Of a stretch of 64,000 bases of DNA, positions 38,613 to 49,741 are shown one piece after another (within the stretch, counting starts at the first letter, position 1; each line of letters begins with the position of its first letter). The notes beneath the pieces were generated by a model. It had not been told where the DNA came from. It searched no databases and was given only the letters and a program-made list of their open reading frames with translations. A program made the position numbers and the translations under genes. This DNA comes from an uncultured Candidatus Rokubacteria bacterium. Its GTDB lineage: Bacteria; Methylomirabilota; Methylomirabilia; Rokubacteriales; DASRDR01. The stretch is from positions 73,411-137,410 of the forward strand of contig CAVPSB010000029.1 in NCBI GenBank assembly GCA_963708025.1. Reading direction: 5' to 3'.

Positions 38613-39324
38613 TTAGGTGTGGATGACCGCTTCGACGCGCCGGTTTCGGGCGCGGCCAGCCGGGTTGTCGGTGCCATCGGGTTTTTGGTTCGGAGCGATG
38701 GGGCGCGACTTGCCGTACGCCTCGACCGCGAGGCGGTCTCGGCGCACCCCTTGCCCGATCAGCTCGCGGGCGACCGTCTCCGCCCGGCGGCGCGAGAGGG
38801 CGAGGTTGTACGCCTCGGTGCCAACGTAGTCGGCGTACCCCTCGAGGACGACCTTTCGGTCCTGCGCCCGCGGGTGATTGAGCACGAATGCGATTCGCTC
38901 CACGACCCATCGCGCCTCGGCGTCGAGGTCTGCCCGGTCGAAAGCGAAGTGCGCCATGGGCAGCGTGATCACGACGCCCCGCGGAGTCTCACGGATCTCA
39001 GGGACCGCGTCGCCCGCGGACGGCAGGGCCGGTCCCGACGGAGCCGTCGCGGATCTCCCGGTCGCGGATCCCCCGGTCGCGGATCCCCCGGTCGCCGAGC
39101 GGCCGACGCCTTGCTTGCGCAGCTCCTCCATCAGCTCACGGTTGGTGAAGGGGGTGGTGGACGGACCTGGGGTGGTTGACGGACCTGGGCTGGTGAGTCG
39201 GAGCGGCCGATGACCCGGGAGTGGCCGCCGGGGCACCTGCGATCTCGGGCTGCGTCACAGGCCTCCGTGCGCAGCCATCGAGCAGAACGATGGCGAGCGC
39301 CAGAACCCCGAAGAGTCGCCGCAT
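38613..39324 (-). CDS. OmpA-family peptidoglycan-binding lipoprotein, frameshift near 39215
   Basis: LLDGC lipobox in 39324 frame; FAFDRADL, EGYAD..G..AYNL.LS.RRA, YGK.RP, NRRVE in 38613 frame; low-complexity GGSAT/PGPST repeats. Confidence 0.85.
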
Positions 39325-39475
39325 GCCGATCGGCTCCTGATCGGCGACCGGCGTCGCCGACCGTCAGCCCTCCCCAGTGAAGGGATGATAGCAGGGCGGG
39401 CTGGACGTGCACAAGGACATCCAAGTGCCCGGACCCAAAGGGCGTGCCGCACATGCAGGTCTTCGGAACGACCAA

Positions 39476-40108
39476 TCAGAAGAAACCCGCGACCCGATAA
39501 TAGAGGTGCGCAAGCGCCTCCTGAAGCACCAGGCGCATCACCTCCAGGCGGCCCTCGGGACTTCGGGACCATCCCCGAAGCGTGTCGGGTGCCGGCAACA
39601 CCACGAAGCCGGCTCGCTCGAACACTCTCTTCGCCCTCCCCATGCCTTCCCAGTCCACGATGAGGAGCACACGGTGAACGCCCCGCGCCCCCAGCAGACT
39701 GCGCATCCTGGCCGCTTCTTCCCGTGTTGTGTGGGCCGTCGTCTCGGTCAAGAGGGCTTCGCTCGGTACGCCAAGCCGTCGAGCGAGCCCGGCCCGGACC
39801 TCCGCTTCGGCGGGGCGAGACGTTTCTGCAGGGCCGGAAAAGACGAGCAGTGGCGCAAGGCGCCGTTGATACAGAAGGATGCCGTGCATGGTTCGACGCA
39901 TGGAATTGTCGCCCAGTGTGCCGTCGGCTCGGACGCCATCGGCACCGAGCACGACTATCGCATCGGCAGGCTCGAGCCTCGGCCAGTATCCCATGGCGTG
40001 ACTCAGGAGATCGGGCAGGGGCGTGAAGGCCGCGGCCATGAAGAGCGCCAGGACGAGCAGCCCCACGAGACGTAATGCGGTGGTCGGATGCTTCGCGCCG
40101 CTCGACAC
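39476..40108 (-). CDS. YdcF/ElyC (DUF218) family protein
   Basis: ADAIVVLG, LVFSG, EAEV, E..A.TT.EEA, RA..VFE.AG..VLPAP, E.LA..YY. Confidence 0.88.
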   Translation of the reverse strand: MSSGAKHPTTALRLVGLLVLALFMAAAFTPLPDLLSHAMGYWPRLEPADAIVVLGADGVRADGTLGDNSMRRTMHGILLYQRRLAPLLVFSGPAETSRPAEAEVRAGLARRLGVPSEALLTETTAHTTREEAARMRSLLGARGVHRVLLIVDWEGMGRAKRVFERAGFVVLPAPDTLRGWSRSPEGRLEVMRLVLQEALAHLYYRVAGFF

Positions 40109-40416
40109 GAGTCGGTTACTCGACCGCTGGGGCGCTGGTGGCGACGCCTACCGTGGGTCCGGATTTCGCTGGAGCGCTCGTCGGCGTCGGCGACGACACG
40201 CTCCAGTCCACCGAGCACGGCTGGGCCACGGTCCCGACCGTGAACCATCACGACCCACACCTTCGCCGTCTCGGTACTGATGATGAGCGTTCGGCCGCCG
40301 CCTAGCATGGCACGGGCTCCGCCACCTGAGGCCGCCGGCAAGCGTCTCGACGCCACCGCCAGCATATCCTGCGCGGTGAGCCCGACGTGCACCGGCGGCC
40401 GATTTCCGGTCGGGCC

Positions 40417-40795
40417 TTACCGGCCGCCTCTCGTCGGTCGCGGTTTTGTTCTTACTCTTTTCCTGCCCGGCGTCCGCCTGCCCGGCGTCGGCCTCTTCTT
40501 GGGCTTCCTGGACGGTCTCTCGTAGACATCGATGTCTTCGTCCCTGTAATAGAGCCGAAAGCCGGCGGTGTCCCAGAGGTCACGCTCCGGAACTGTCAGG
40601 GGTCTCCGGCGGGGTTGCCGGCGCCGATCGGCATCCACAGGCAGGCCCTCCGCACGCCGCTCTGCCCGTCGGCGGTCGAGGATCACCTCGAACCCGCTCG
40701 TCTGACTGGAAGTTTCGACGCAAGTCCGCGTACAGTTCGCGTCGCTCCTGTTGCACGATGATGAGCCACCGAGGGAGCTGAGTCTTGTCAGTCAC
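40417..40795 (-). CDS. Small hypothetical protein with VILDRR..ERR motif, frameshift near 40690
   Basis: GGAGG RBS; WLIIV..ERRELYADLRRNF..DERV / VILDRRRAERR...DRRR read across two frames. Confidence 0.55.
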
Positions 40796-41255
40796 TGAAG
40801 ATCACCTCCGTGCCGTGGGCGCCTCAGCGCCAGTTGTCACCGACGTAGGCGCTGGTATGCCGAACTGCCACGTGCCACTGATGGCCATCGGGGCTGGAGC
40901 GCATGGGCTCGCCAGATTCGATGGACGGTGCTACGTGCGATACGCCGACGAGGGACGCGCACATCGCGGCTCGTCCGGTGCCGAGCCTGGCGCCGGCGGT
41001 CTCGAGCGTGGGCCCGACGACCTGCGCCCGCGTCCGGGCGCTCACCGTCGGCAGCGGGCCTGACCGCGCCGCTCGTGCAGCCCTGCCCCTCTTCTTCCGA
41101 GAACCGCTGGGCGCATCCGGTGTGGCCGGTCCACGTTGCCGCCTCCACGCCCGACCCAGGTCGAGCTTGATACGATTCGCCTCGGTCAGTACGATGGGGC
41201 GAGGCTGGTTGGGAATCGCTCCCTCCCCAAATGCCATGGCCTATACTAACCAATA

Positions 41256-41410
41256 CTAGTGTCCCGTCCCAGAGATTCGATGGCAAATTCGGGCCAGGAT
41301 CTCGTCGGCCGTCTTCGTCCGGATGAAAGGCATGGGCTCCGCGTTGATAACGGCGATGGTACTGCCGGATCGCCGCTTCGAGGGCCGGCGTGCTTCGATG
41401 CACGTCGCGG
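41256..41410 (-). mobile_element. IS630-family transposase C-terminal remnant
   Basis: HRST.ALEAAIRQY / NAEP.PFI.TKTADEILARIC.RISGTGH*, ending at CTAGTA. Confidence 0.75.
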
Positions 41411-41931
41411 CAAAATCCGCCTCGGCTCGGACGACGACGACGTGCAGTGCGGATTCGTAAGTGAGCGCGACGCTCGTGTCCCTCCGCTCGTGCAAGGCGA
41501 GCAGCCGAAACGCGGGATCTTCGGCCAGGGGTCTGCGTAGCCCGCCGGGCAGTTGTAGACGGACTGACGGAACAGATCAGGCAGGGGAATTGGCGGTCGC
41601 GTCCGGTGCGGGGTCGTGAGGTGTCGCTCGATTAGGTTCAGGATCTTGGCCGAGCCTCTCGGTGTTCCTGCATGCAGCGGTAGGCCGCCGCAGGATTCCC
41701 GGACTCGAGATGCGGGCTGACCTCGGATGGAATGGGGCAGCGGGGTGCCCAGAGTGTGAAAAGATTTTCCTCAAAGGGGCGTCCCTCCATCCCCCCGGGC
41801 ATCCCAGTCGGACGCTCACAGCCCGCATCGGGGCTGTTTCATCAATGAATTCCGATTCTTCGTAAGATGCTCTCGTCCGCGGGCGCCGCGCTCGTGGATG
41901 GAGGTTGCTCGAAGCTTTCGGCTCCCGTCAT

Positions 41932-41947
41932 TGGCATTTGTCTTGCG
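41932..41947 (+). promoter_or_regulatory. sigma54 promoter upstream of the polysaccharide locus
   Basis: TGGCATT-TGTC-TTGCG, about 175 bp before wzm. Confidence 0.6.
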
Positions 41948-42122
41948 CTAACGCTCTCGTGCAATGGGGATCGGGAAGGACGCTGCTGCGCGACACGACA
42001 GAGATGGGGAGGGCGCGAATCACCACCAACGGGCTCGTTGACAGTCCGCATGCCGCGAGGGAGCGACTGGGACGGCCGATCAGCGGGAGCCGCGAATCGC
42101 GCGGCACCTGCCGGCGACTGAC

Positions 42123-42965
42123 GTGACGACGGCGGTCTATACACCGGATCCCCAACTCCGGAGACCGGGCCGACTGGTTCACGAGATGATTCGTGACCTG
42201 TCCGCCTCCCGGGAGCTGGCCTGGCGTATCTGCGCCCGTAACATAACCGCCCAGTATCGGCAGACCGCTCTGGGGTACGTCTGGGCGGTCGTCCCCCCCC
42301 TGATGACCAGCCTCGTCTTCATTCTGCTCGATTCCTCGAACCTCCTGAGGACGGGCGACACCGGCATTCCCTATCCCGTGTACGTCTTGATGGGAACTGT
42401 GTCATTTAGCTTCTTTCTCGATGCGCTCAACGCCCCCCTGGCGGCGGTCGGCGGATCGCGCGGGGTGCTGGCGAAGATCAACTTTCCTCGGGAGGCACTC
42501 CTGCTCGCCGCGGTGGGACAGGTACTCTTCAGCTTCGCCGTGAAGCTCGCGCTGGTCGCGGCGGTCTTGCTGGCGTTTCGAGTCCCGGTGCAGCCGACGG
42601 CAGCACTGGCAGCGGTTCCCCTGGCGGGGCTGTTGATGATGGGCGTCGCGCTCGGAGTTCTGCTCATTCCCATCGGCGCGCTGTTCCAGGACGTCGTGCA
42701 CGGCCTGGCCATGGTGGGCACTGGCCTCGTGTTCTTGACGCCCGCCGCCTATCCGCCTCCCCGCCACGGCCTCCTCGGTGTCCTGACGGCCTGGAATCCG
42801 CTGACCCCGCTGATCATGGCGGCCCGTGACTTGGTCGTGCTCGGGTCGAGCAGCTATATGGTGCCCATGATCATCGTTGTGCTGGTCACGATGGTGGTGC
42901 TCCTTCTGGCCTGGGTTGTGTTCCGGTTGGCCATGCCGATCCTCATCGAACGAATGGGGAGCTGA
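42123..42965 (+). CDS. wzm: Polysaccharide ABC transporter permease
   Basis: RELAW....R.I.AQYRQT.LGY.W, KINFPRE, FLTP..YP, NPLTPLI. Confidence 0.92.
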   Translation: MTTAVYTPDPQLRRPGRLVHEMIRDLSASRELAWRICARNITAQYRQTALGYVWAVVPPLMTSLVFILLDSSNLLRTGDTGIPYPVYVLMGTVSFSFFLDALNAPLAAVGGSRGVLAKINFPREALLLAAVGQVLFSFAVKLALVAAVLLAFRVPVQPTAALAAVPLAGLLMMGVALGVLLIPIGALFQDVVHGLAMVGTGLVFLTPAAYPPPRHGLLGVLTAWNPLTPLIMAARDLVVLGSSSYMVPMIIVVLVTMVVLLLAWVVFRLAMPILIERMGS

Positions 42966-44416
42966 TGAGCGGAGAGGTACTCATCGAGGTCGAGGGAATC
43001 TGGAAGAAGTTCTGCCGCCGCCTCAGGCATTCGCTATGGTACGGCCTGAGTGATCTCGCAAGGGAGATGACAGCTCGGCCTCATCGCGGGACCAACCTGC
43101 GAGCCAACGAGTTCTGGGCACTCCGGGACGTGTCGTTCTCAGTGCGGCGGGGCGAGATGATGGCTTTGATCGGTCGGAATGGCGCCGGGAAGAGCACGCT
43201 GCTGAAGATGCTCAACGGAATCATGCGGCCGGACCAGGGGCGAATCACCATGCGTGGGAGGGTCCAGGCGCTGATCGAGCTGGGCGCGGGATTCAGCCCC
43301 ATTCTGTCCGCCCGGGAGAACGTGTACATCAATGCCGCCGTGTTGGGGATGCGACGGGCGGACGTCGATCGAGCGCTTCCGGAGATCATTGACTTTGCGG
43401 GCTTAGAGGACTTCGTGGAGACGCCGCTGCAAAGCTTCAGCTCGGGGATGAAGGCTCGGCTCGCCTTTGCCGTGGCGACACAGCTGGACCCGGATGTGCT
43501 GCTCATCGATGAGGTTCTCGCCGTCGGCGACATGGCGTTCCAGGAAAAGTGCATGCGTCGGATGGAAGCGTTTCGCCGATCGAACAAGGCGATCATCTTT
43601 GTCACTCACAGCCTCTATCAGGTCGAGGCCATGTGTAACAGAGCGTTGTGGCTCGACGACAGCGGCGTGGTCTGCTATGGCGCCGCCAGCGATGTGGTCC
43701 GGGCATATCTGGATGCCCAGGAAAAGCGAGCCATCGCCGAGGCCCACGCGGAGGGAGTCGCGTACCAAGCGCGAGCGATCGCCGCCACCCGGACATACTT
43801 TCAAGCGAGAGACGAGGAGAGGGCGAAGGTAACCCGAGACGCGCTGTCCCGCAGTGAGCCGGTCCAGGGTCGAGCCGCCCAGATCCTTGAGCCCGCCCGA
43901 AGTGAGCCGATCCAGATTCGAGCCGTCGAGATCCTGGATGGAACAGGCCAACCTTGTACCGAACTTCCGTTCCTATCCGATCTGAGGGTGCGCATTCAAT
44001 ACGAAGCAATGGAGCCCATCGAGCGACCGCTCTTCGGCCTGAAATTCTTCACCGAGGAGCGCGACGTCTTCGAAGCCAGCATGCTGGCGGACGGGCCCGG
44101 CCCGGAGCAGGTGGAGGGTCCGGGAGTCGTTGAGTGTCGGATCCCGCGGCTTCCACTTACGCCAAAGGCCTATCGGGTGGTGCTCAGCGGTTTCCGGTCC
44201 GGGGCTGCATTCGCGGAGGTCATGACCATGCGCACGGTCGCCCATTTTCGGGTGACCGACGAGGGAATGGGCCGCGTGTCGATGCGGGGCCCTCTGGCGC
44301 TGACTCATTTGCGTCAAGGATCACCGGTGTACGTGCCGCGAACGTGGCACTTCTACAACGGTCACGGGGGTGAACCTGTCGCCACCGTGGAGGCGTATGT
44401 CGCCGAGTCTCGATGA
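42965..44416 (+). CDS. wzt: Polysaccharide ABC transporter ATPase with C-terminal Wzt_C domain
   Basis: FWALRDVSF, GRNGAGKS, FSSGMKARLAFA, DEVLAVGD..FQ.KC; C-terminal beta domain. Confidence 0.93.
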   Translation: MSGEVLIEVEGIWKKFCRRLRHSLWYGLSDLAREMTARPHRGTNLRANEFWALRDVSFSVRRGEMMALIGRNGAGKSTLLKMLNGIMRPDQGRITMRGRVQALIELGAGFSPILSARENVYINAAVLGMRRADVDRALPEIIDFAGLEDFVETPLQSFSSGMKARLAFAVATQLDPDVLLIDEVLAVGDMAFQEKCMRRMEAFRRSNKAIIFVTHSLYQVEAMCNRALWLDDSGVVCYGAASDVVRAYLDAQEKRAIAEAHAEGVAYQARAIAATRTYFQARDEERAKVTRDALSRSEPVQGRAAQILEPARSEPIQIRAVEILDGTGQPCTELPFLSDLRVRIQYEAMEPIERPLFGLKFFTEERDVFEASMLADGPGPEQVEGPGVVECRIPRLPLTPKAYRVVLSGFRSGAAFAEVMTMRTVAHFRVTDEGMGRVSMRGPLALTHLRQGSPVYVPRTWHFYNGHGGEPVATVEAYVAESR

Positions 44417-44536
44417 TTAGACGATCCTGGTTGGGCAAACCTCGGGTGAGCGCCTGGGCGAGCTTCAGGTTGGCTACGACCTGTTCAACAACTGGCTTGA
44501 ACACCACATGCTAGAAGCTCAGGACTCTACGACCCG

Positions 44537-45850
44537 ATGAGTAGGCTAAGCGAAGTCGCCCGGCTCGCGGGCCGGCTCTTTGGAGCCGTAGGAGGGCGTC
44601 CGAGAATTCTTCTCCTCAACGACACGCGCGACCAGAACAATTGGGGAAGTGTCGCCCTGACGGAGGCACTGCTCGCTATTCTGAAAGATGCCTGCCCGGA
44701 GATGGAGCTGCGATGCATTCCCTCGATCAGCCTCTGGAGCTCCACGTCTCCGCGTGGCGCGACGACCATGGTGCTGCCCGAGCTCGCGGACGACTATGAG
44801 GAGACGGCTTCCGCGTGGCAGTCGGGGCGAGGGGGACCCGAAGCGGATGCGTTCATCCGGCAAGTTCAATGGGCGGATCTGGTGATTTACAATGGTGAGG
44901 GCAGCATATACCGGCGGAACCACAGCGCCGTCAAAGCGCTGTTCATGTCCTGGTACGCGCGCAAGATCCTCGCCAAGCCCTGTGCGTATCTGAACGGGGG
45001 ACTGCATCTCACGCACGTCGAGCCGTTTCTCCCACCCATGGCGCGCAAGACGCTGCTCGAGCTCGACGCGGTAACCATCCGCGAAAGCTGGTCGTTCAAG
45101 TGTGCGCAGGAATTCGTACCAGGCGTCGAAGCGGAGCTCCTACCCGATTCGGTATTCTACTACGCTTGCCAATCCACTGCGGCTCCGGTGCCGACACGCG
45201 CCCCGAAGGATCTGGCGTCGGAGGATTACTTCTGCGTGGCGGGAGGACAGATGCCGCACTCTCTAGTACGCGGCAAAGACGCTCCTCTCTGCCGTCTCAT
45301 TCAGGCGCTGCAGAGGAAGGGATTGAGGGCGATTATCCTGGCGCGGGAGGACGAGGACCAGTACCTCGCCCGAGTCGCCGAGATGTGCGGATGCACCTTC
45401 TATGGTCGCGAGCTGGGAGTGGGCGAAGTGCAGGACGTCCTCCGCTCCGCCGCATTGCAGCTCAGCGGCCGTTATCACCACTTCATCTTTGGCGCTCTCT
45501 GGGGCGTTCCATCGATCGGGTTTTCAGCCATGTCCCATAAAGTTCAGGGCCTTGCCGAGTGGTTCGGGCCCTTGCTCAAGCCAGTGCGCAACAGCACCAT
45601 GCTAGGGATGGAATGGGAAGAGACGATGGCTCAGGCCGAATCCTATCTGGCGGGTGGAGTTCAGTTCCGGCAGCAGATCGCACACCGCGCCCGCGAACTG
45701 GGGGAGTTGACCCGGCGCTACGGAGCCATCGCCGCTTCACTGGCCAGTCGTCCTACTCAGGCGACAGCGTTCGAGCGGAGCAAAGGGCGTTCGATCGCCT
45801 CGAACGGCGGGACCGGCTCATCGAGCGATCCGCGCCGAACTTCTGAATAG
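44537..45850 (+). CDS. Polysaccharide pyruvyl transferase family protein
   Basis: NWGS, NGEGS, IRE..S, PDSVF, SGRYH, GVP.I, HKV.GL. Confidence 0.8.
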   Translation: MSRLSEVARLAGRLFGAVGGRPRILLLNDTRDQNNWGSVALTEALLAILKDACPEMELRCIPSISLWSSTSPRGATTMVLPELADDYEETASAWQSGRGGPEADAFIRQVQWADLVIYNGEGSIYRRNHSAVKALFMSWYARKILAKPCAYLNGGLHLTHVEPFLPPMARKTLLELDAVTIRESWSFKCAQEFVPGVEAELLPDSVFYYACQSTAAPVPTRAPKDLASEDYFCVAGGQMPHSLVRGKDAPLCRLIQALQRKGLRAIILAREDEDQYLARVAEMCGCTFYGRELGVGEVQDVLRSAALQLSGRYHHFIFGALWGVPSIGFSAMSHKVQGLAEWFGPLLKPVRNSTMLGMEWEETMAQAESYLAGGVQFRQQIAHRARELGELTRRYGAIAASLASRPTQATAFERSKGRSIASNGGTGSSSDPRRTSE

Positions 45851-46360
45851 TTCGGCGAATGAGAACTGAACACGTGTCCCTCTGGGATGCGAGCGATGGA
45901 CCCGGGACTCTTCGCGTGTGTGCGCGGTGATGGCATGCTGGTCGAAGTTCCGTGCCGCCAGAACGTCGGTGACAATCTCGTCCGACTACGCGAGGAATGC
46001 GCAGGTAAGGGGTCGAGCACCAGCGGCTCGCATCTGTCGGCAACGACCATAACGATCTAGCATACGTCTGCACGCCGAGATCGGCTTGAGCTACCACGGC
46101 GACCTCTCCATCGGCAACCGTTCGATCGACGCCCCTGTCGTCGCGGGCTGCGACGCACGAAATGTCCAACAACCACACCAGATCCTCTTGCCCCACTCGA
46201 GGTCAGGGCGGTTGCCCGGAAGACGCGATCGCATGAGCGTGAGCACAGTCGAAGAAATCGAGGCGGCGGCGTCCTTGGATCGCTCGAGACTCATCCTGCC
46301 ACACCGCACCGGCGTCTATCCTGCATGCCTCTTCGCTTCGCAGGGAAGCCCGATCCACCC

Positions 46361-48001
46361 ATGAGGCTACTCGACACGCTGCGCGGCCTTGCGACGAGGA
46401 GGGGCTCTGCTGCCAGAGCCTGCGACACTCCCGACCTACTGGTCCGATTCAAAGCGCTGATGACCACCCGGAAGCCGCGTCTATCGGCATCCGAAAAGCT
46501 GTTTCCCCGCGTAGGGTTCGCCTCCTTTGGCGCTGGGGCCAATCACCTCGTCATCGATTGTCTGCTCGCCCACGCGCTCCAACTTCGTGGAGCCGCCTGC
46601 CAACTGCTGGTTTGCGATCTACCGGAACTTCCCGGCTGCGACGAACGCCTTATCGTATCCGAGAACAACCATCGCTGCGCAGGCTGCATCTCACCCAAGC
46701 TTCCGTTCCTGGAAGCGTCCGGCCTGGACTGGGTAAGACTGAGCGGCTTCCTCGACGATCCCGCCGCCACTCTGACCTTGGCCGCCGAGGCCGTTGGCGC
46801 TTGCACCGACGACGAGCTCACACGGTTCGAGTACGAGGGCTGGAAGCTGGGCGAGTGGCTTGGGTCTTCCGTCGCCTCTTTTCTTCGGAGCGATAGCCAC
46901 GGAATGCGTCCCGAGGTGATCGAGGCTCGCCGCCGCTACCTGACAAGTGGCATCGTGGCCCTCATCGCTGCCCGCCGCTGGATCGATACGTGGCGTCCCG
47001 ATATCCTCATCGTCATCAGCGGCCGCCACATTTTCTGGCGCGCAGCCAGGGAGGTCGCGCAGTCCAGGGGGATCAAGGTGGTGTCTCGCGAGATGTTCAA
47101 CGAAGACTTCGACTGTCACATCTATGCGGTCAATTCGAGTTGCGAGGATCCCGCGATGCCCGACGCCTGGGCTCAAGCTCGCGACACGCCGCTCACCGCC
47201 TCGCAGGAAAGGCTAGTGGCCGGATATCTGAAGGGGCTTCCCGCCTATGCCCGTCAGGTGGCAAACGATCCCGTGCTCGAAACGCGGACGTCGGCCATCC
47301 GAACCGAACTCGGGCTGGCCCCGGATCGACGCATGATTGTCCTCTTCACGAATGTGACATGGGATCTGTTCGTCGCCGAGCGGGACTCCGCATTCGACGG
47401 GCAGATGCAGTGGATCGCCGCCACCCTCGATTTCATCCGGCGGCACCCGGAACTCGATCTCGTCGTGCGCGCACACCCCGCGGAGATCGTGCCGAAGTTT
47501 CGCACACGCGGACGCATTGTCCGCCAGATCGAGGAAGCATTCGCTCCTCTTCCTCAGAATCTGCGCATGGTCGGGCCCGAGAGCGCTATCTCTTCGGACG
47601 TGCTCCGGGCGATGGCTTCTCTGAATCTCGTCTACTGCGCTTCGGTGGGTCTGGAAGCGGTCATTGCCGGTCAGCCGGTGCTGATCTGCGGGAATCCGTA
47701 CTACGCGCGGAAAGGGTTCACGATCGATGTGGAGTCGCCTGGACACTACGATCGCCTTCTGGAGGATCATGCCGCGGGAAGAGCGCCCACTTCGCCCTCC
47801 GCGAGCGTGGATCTGGCCCGGAGATTCCTGTACCTGTTCAGATTCCGTTATGGGATGCGGATGGGGCTGACCACCGACGACGTGACGGCGACCGCGCTGA
47901 AGGTTCGCAGTTTCGATCGACTGGAGCCCGGCGTGTCGCTCCCATTGGACACGGCGTGCGATGGCATTCTCCACCGCGATGAGATTCTTCTCCCTAGCTA
48001 A
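46361..48001 (+). CDS. Capsule polysaccharide biosynthesis protein (KpsS/Capsule_synth-like GT-B)
   Basis: LFTNVTWD, F..Q..WI..T, LVVRAHPAE, SVGLEA, G.P.Y..KGFT. Confidence 0.7.
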   Translation: MRLLDTLRGLATRRGSAARACDTPDLLVRFKALMTTRKPRLSASEKLFPRVGFASFGAGANHLVIDCLLAHALQLRGAACQLLVCDLPELPGCDERLIVSENNHRCAGCISPKLPFLEASGLDWVRLSGFLDDPAATLTLAAEAVGACTDDELTRFEYEGWKLGEWLGSSVASFLRSDSHGMRPEVIEARRRYLTSGIVALIAARRWIDTWRPDILIVISGRHIFWRAAREVAQSRGIKVVSREMFNEDFDCHIYAVNSSCEDPAMPDAWAQARDTPLTASQERLVAGYLKGLPAYARQVANDPVLETRTSAIRTELGLAPDRRMIVLFTNVTWDLFVAERDSAFDGQMQWIAATLDFIRRHPELDLVVRAHPAEIVPKFRTRGRIVRQIEEAFAPLPQNLRMVGPESAISSDVLRAMASLNLVYCASVGLEAVIAGQPVLICGNPYYARKGFTIDVESPGHYDRLLEDHAAGRAPTSPSASVDLARRFLYLFRFRYGMRMGLTTDDVTATALKVRSFDRLEPGVSLPLDTACDGILHRDEILLPS

Positions 48002-48017
48002 GCCCTCTGCTTGGCGA

Positions 48018-48951
48018 GTGAGCCGCCGGCGTGTCGAGACCCGAAAGTTCATCTTTCTCTATCACCGGATTGCCTCTCCACAGCACGATCCCTTCGCGCT
48101 GGCGGTCCCGGAGAGCTGGTTTCAGGATCACTTGGACATCCTGAGGTCCCACTGCCGGCTGGTGACCCTCGACGAGATCCTCGACACCGGTGCTGCCAAC
48201 TCCCCCATACTCGCTTCGATCAGCTTCGACGATGGGTATACCGACAACCTGACGACGGCGTCGCCGATCCTGCGCCTGGCGGGGATCCCCGCCACGTTCT
48301 TCATCTGCACCGGCTGTCTGGGCGATGTACGAGGATTCTGGTGGGACCGCCTTGCGAGCGCGATTGCTGCCGCGGATACGCTCTCGTCCGAATCTGCGCC
48401 CATGAAGATGCTCTCGGTGACGGATGATTTGAGCAGCCCCGAAGCTCGGAGGAAGGCGACGCTGGAGATCGCTGCGCGCCTGCAACGCATGCACCCCTCC
48501 GATAGGGACCGGGTCGTGGCGGATCTCGAGAACGTCCTGCTCGCCGGAGGCAGCGGCAAAACCGAACCGTGCCCGGTCCTGGATGAGGCTGGAGTGCGGG
48601 AACTCGGCTCGCAACCGCTTGCACAGCTCGGCGCACATACGCACAGTCACGCGATGCTGTCCATGCTCACGCGTGAGGAACAGCTCGCTGAGATCAATCG
48701 TAGCGTCACGAAACTCCAGGACATCACCGGGACAAGACCCCGGTTCGTCGCGTATCCGTACGGGGGCGAGCAGGACTACAACACAGATTCGTGTCTGGCA
48801 GCCAGGGACGCGGCGCTACGAGGCGGCGTTCGTCAACCACGCGGCCCGATTCGATCCCAAGGGCCAGCCCTATCGCGTTCCCCGGTACTACGTGCCACCC
48901 CTCCCGGCCGACGAGTTTCGCACCTGGTTGCGTGGAATCCTACGCGCGTGA
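48018..48951 (+). CDS. Polysaccharide deacetylase (CE4), frameshift near 48815
   Basis: LYHRI, ISFDDGY.DN, FWWD, GAHTHSH..L, AYPYG; tail YEAAFVN...VPRY in the next frame. Confidence 0.85.
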
Positions 48952-49641
48952 AAGGCCTTCGACGCATCGCTCGCATGCTGCGCAGAGGATTTCGCGTGGC
49001 CCGAGGGCGTCTGCTCCTCGCCGGAGGCGTTCAGCCCGTGAGCCGAACCTTCGGGTACGAGCGCGGACAGCCCATTCATCGATACTATGTGCAGCGATTC
49101 TTCGAGAGCCACTCGAGCCAGATCCGGGGCCGCTGTCTGGAATTTCACGATCCCGGGTATGTCCGCACCTACGGTGAAGGGAGGCCGTCGCGGATAGACG
49201 TACTCGATCTGAGCGCGGAGAACCCGCACGCGACCATCGTCGCGGACATGACCAAGCCGAACGACCTCCCCTCCGACACGTTCGACTGCATCGTGTGCGT
49301 GCATGTTCTCCACCTCGTGTACGAGGCCGACGTCTTTACGAAGGAGCTTCATCGTCTCCTCGCTCCCGGAGGGCACGCTGCTTCTCGCAGTGCCGGGAAC
49401 GTCCATGATCGATCCAAACTGGACTGAATACCGACGCTGGACCGGTCTAGGCGTCCAGACTTTGCTCCGCCAGTTCTTTCGCCCCTCCGACATCGTGGTC
49501 GAAACGTACGGCAACTCGCTGGCCGCGGCGGCCGAGATGAGGGGTCTCGCCTCGGACGAAATCGCACCATGGGAATTGAACGCCAAGGACGATCTCTTTC
49601 AGGTAGAGGTGTGCGGCCTAGCCGTCAAATCCAATGCTTGA
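48948..49641 (+). CDS. Class I SAM methyltransferase, frameshift near 49370
   Basis: PVSR.FGYERG.PI.RYY..F, FDCIVC..VLH, L.PGG / TLLLAVP, VETYGN.LAA. Confidence 0.85.
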
Positions 49642-49653
49642 CGGGATCCGCAT
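49615..49653 (+). repeat. Direct repeat copy 1 (39 bp)
   Basis: GGCCTAGCCGTCAAATCCAATGCTTGACGGGATCCGCAT; recurs at 51396-51433. Confidence 0.92.
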
Positions 49654-49741
49654 AGAGGCGACGTTGGGCGCTCCGGACGCGTGGGGATTCGGGGCCCAGG
49701 GCCGAGCGGTGGTGGGGAGTTCCGTCACAAGGGGGGGAACC

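Noticed and set aside
40800-41250. Short ORFs and a possible response-regulator remnant; also short ORFs at 40110-40400
   Set aside because: Similarity too weak to call without a search
45851-46360. 500-bp spacer inside the polysaccharide locus
   Set aside because: No frame gave a recognisable protein or convincing structure; possibly decayed sequence but unsupported
47961-49427. Apparent deacetylase-methyltransferase fusion
   Set aside because: Produced by the frameshift near 48815; each gene has its own end or start at the 48948-48951 overlap
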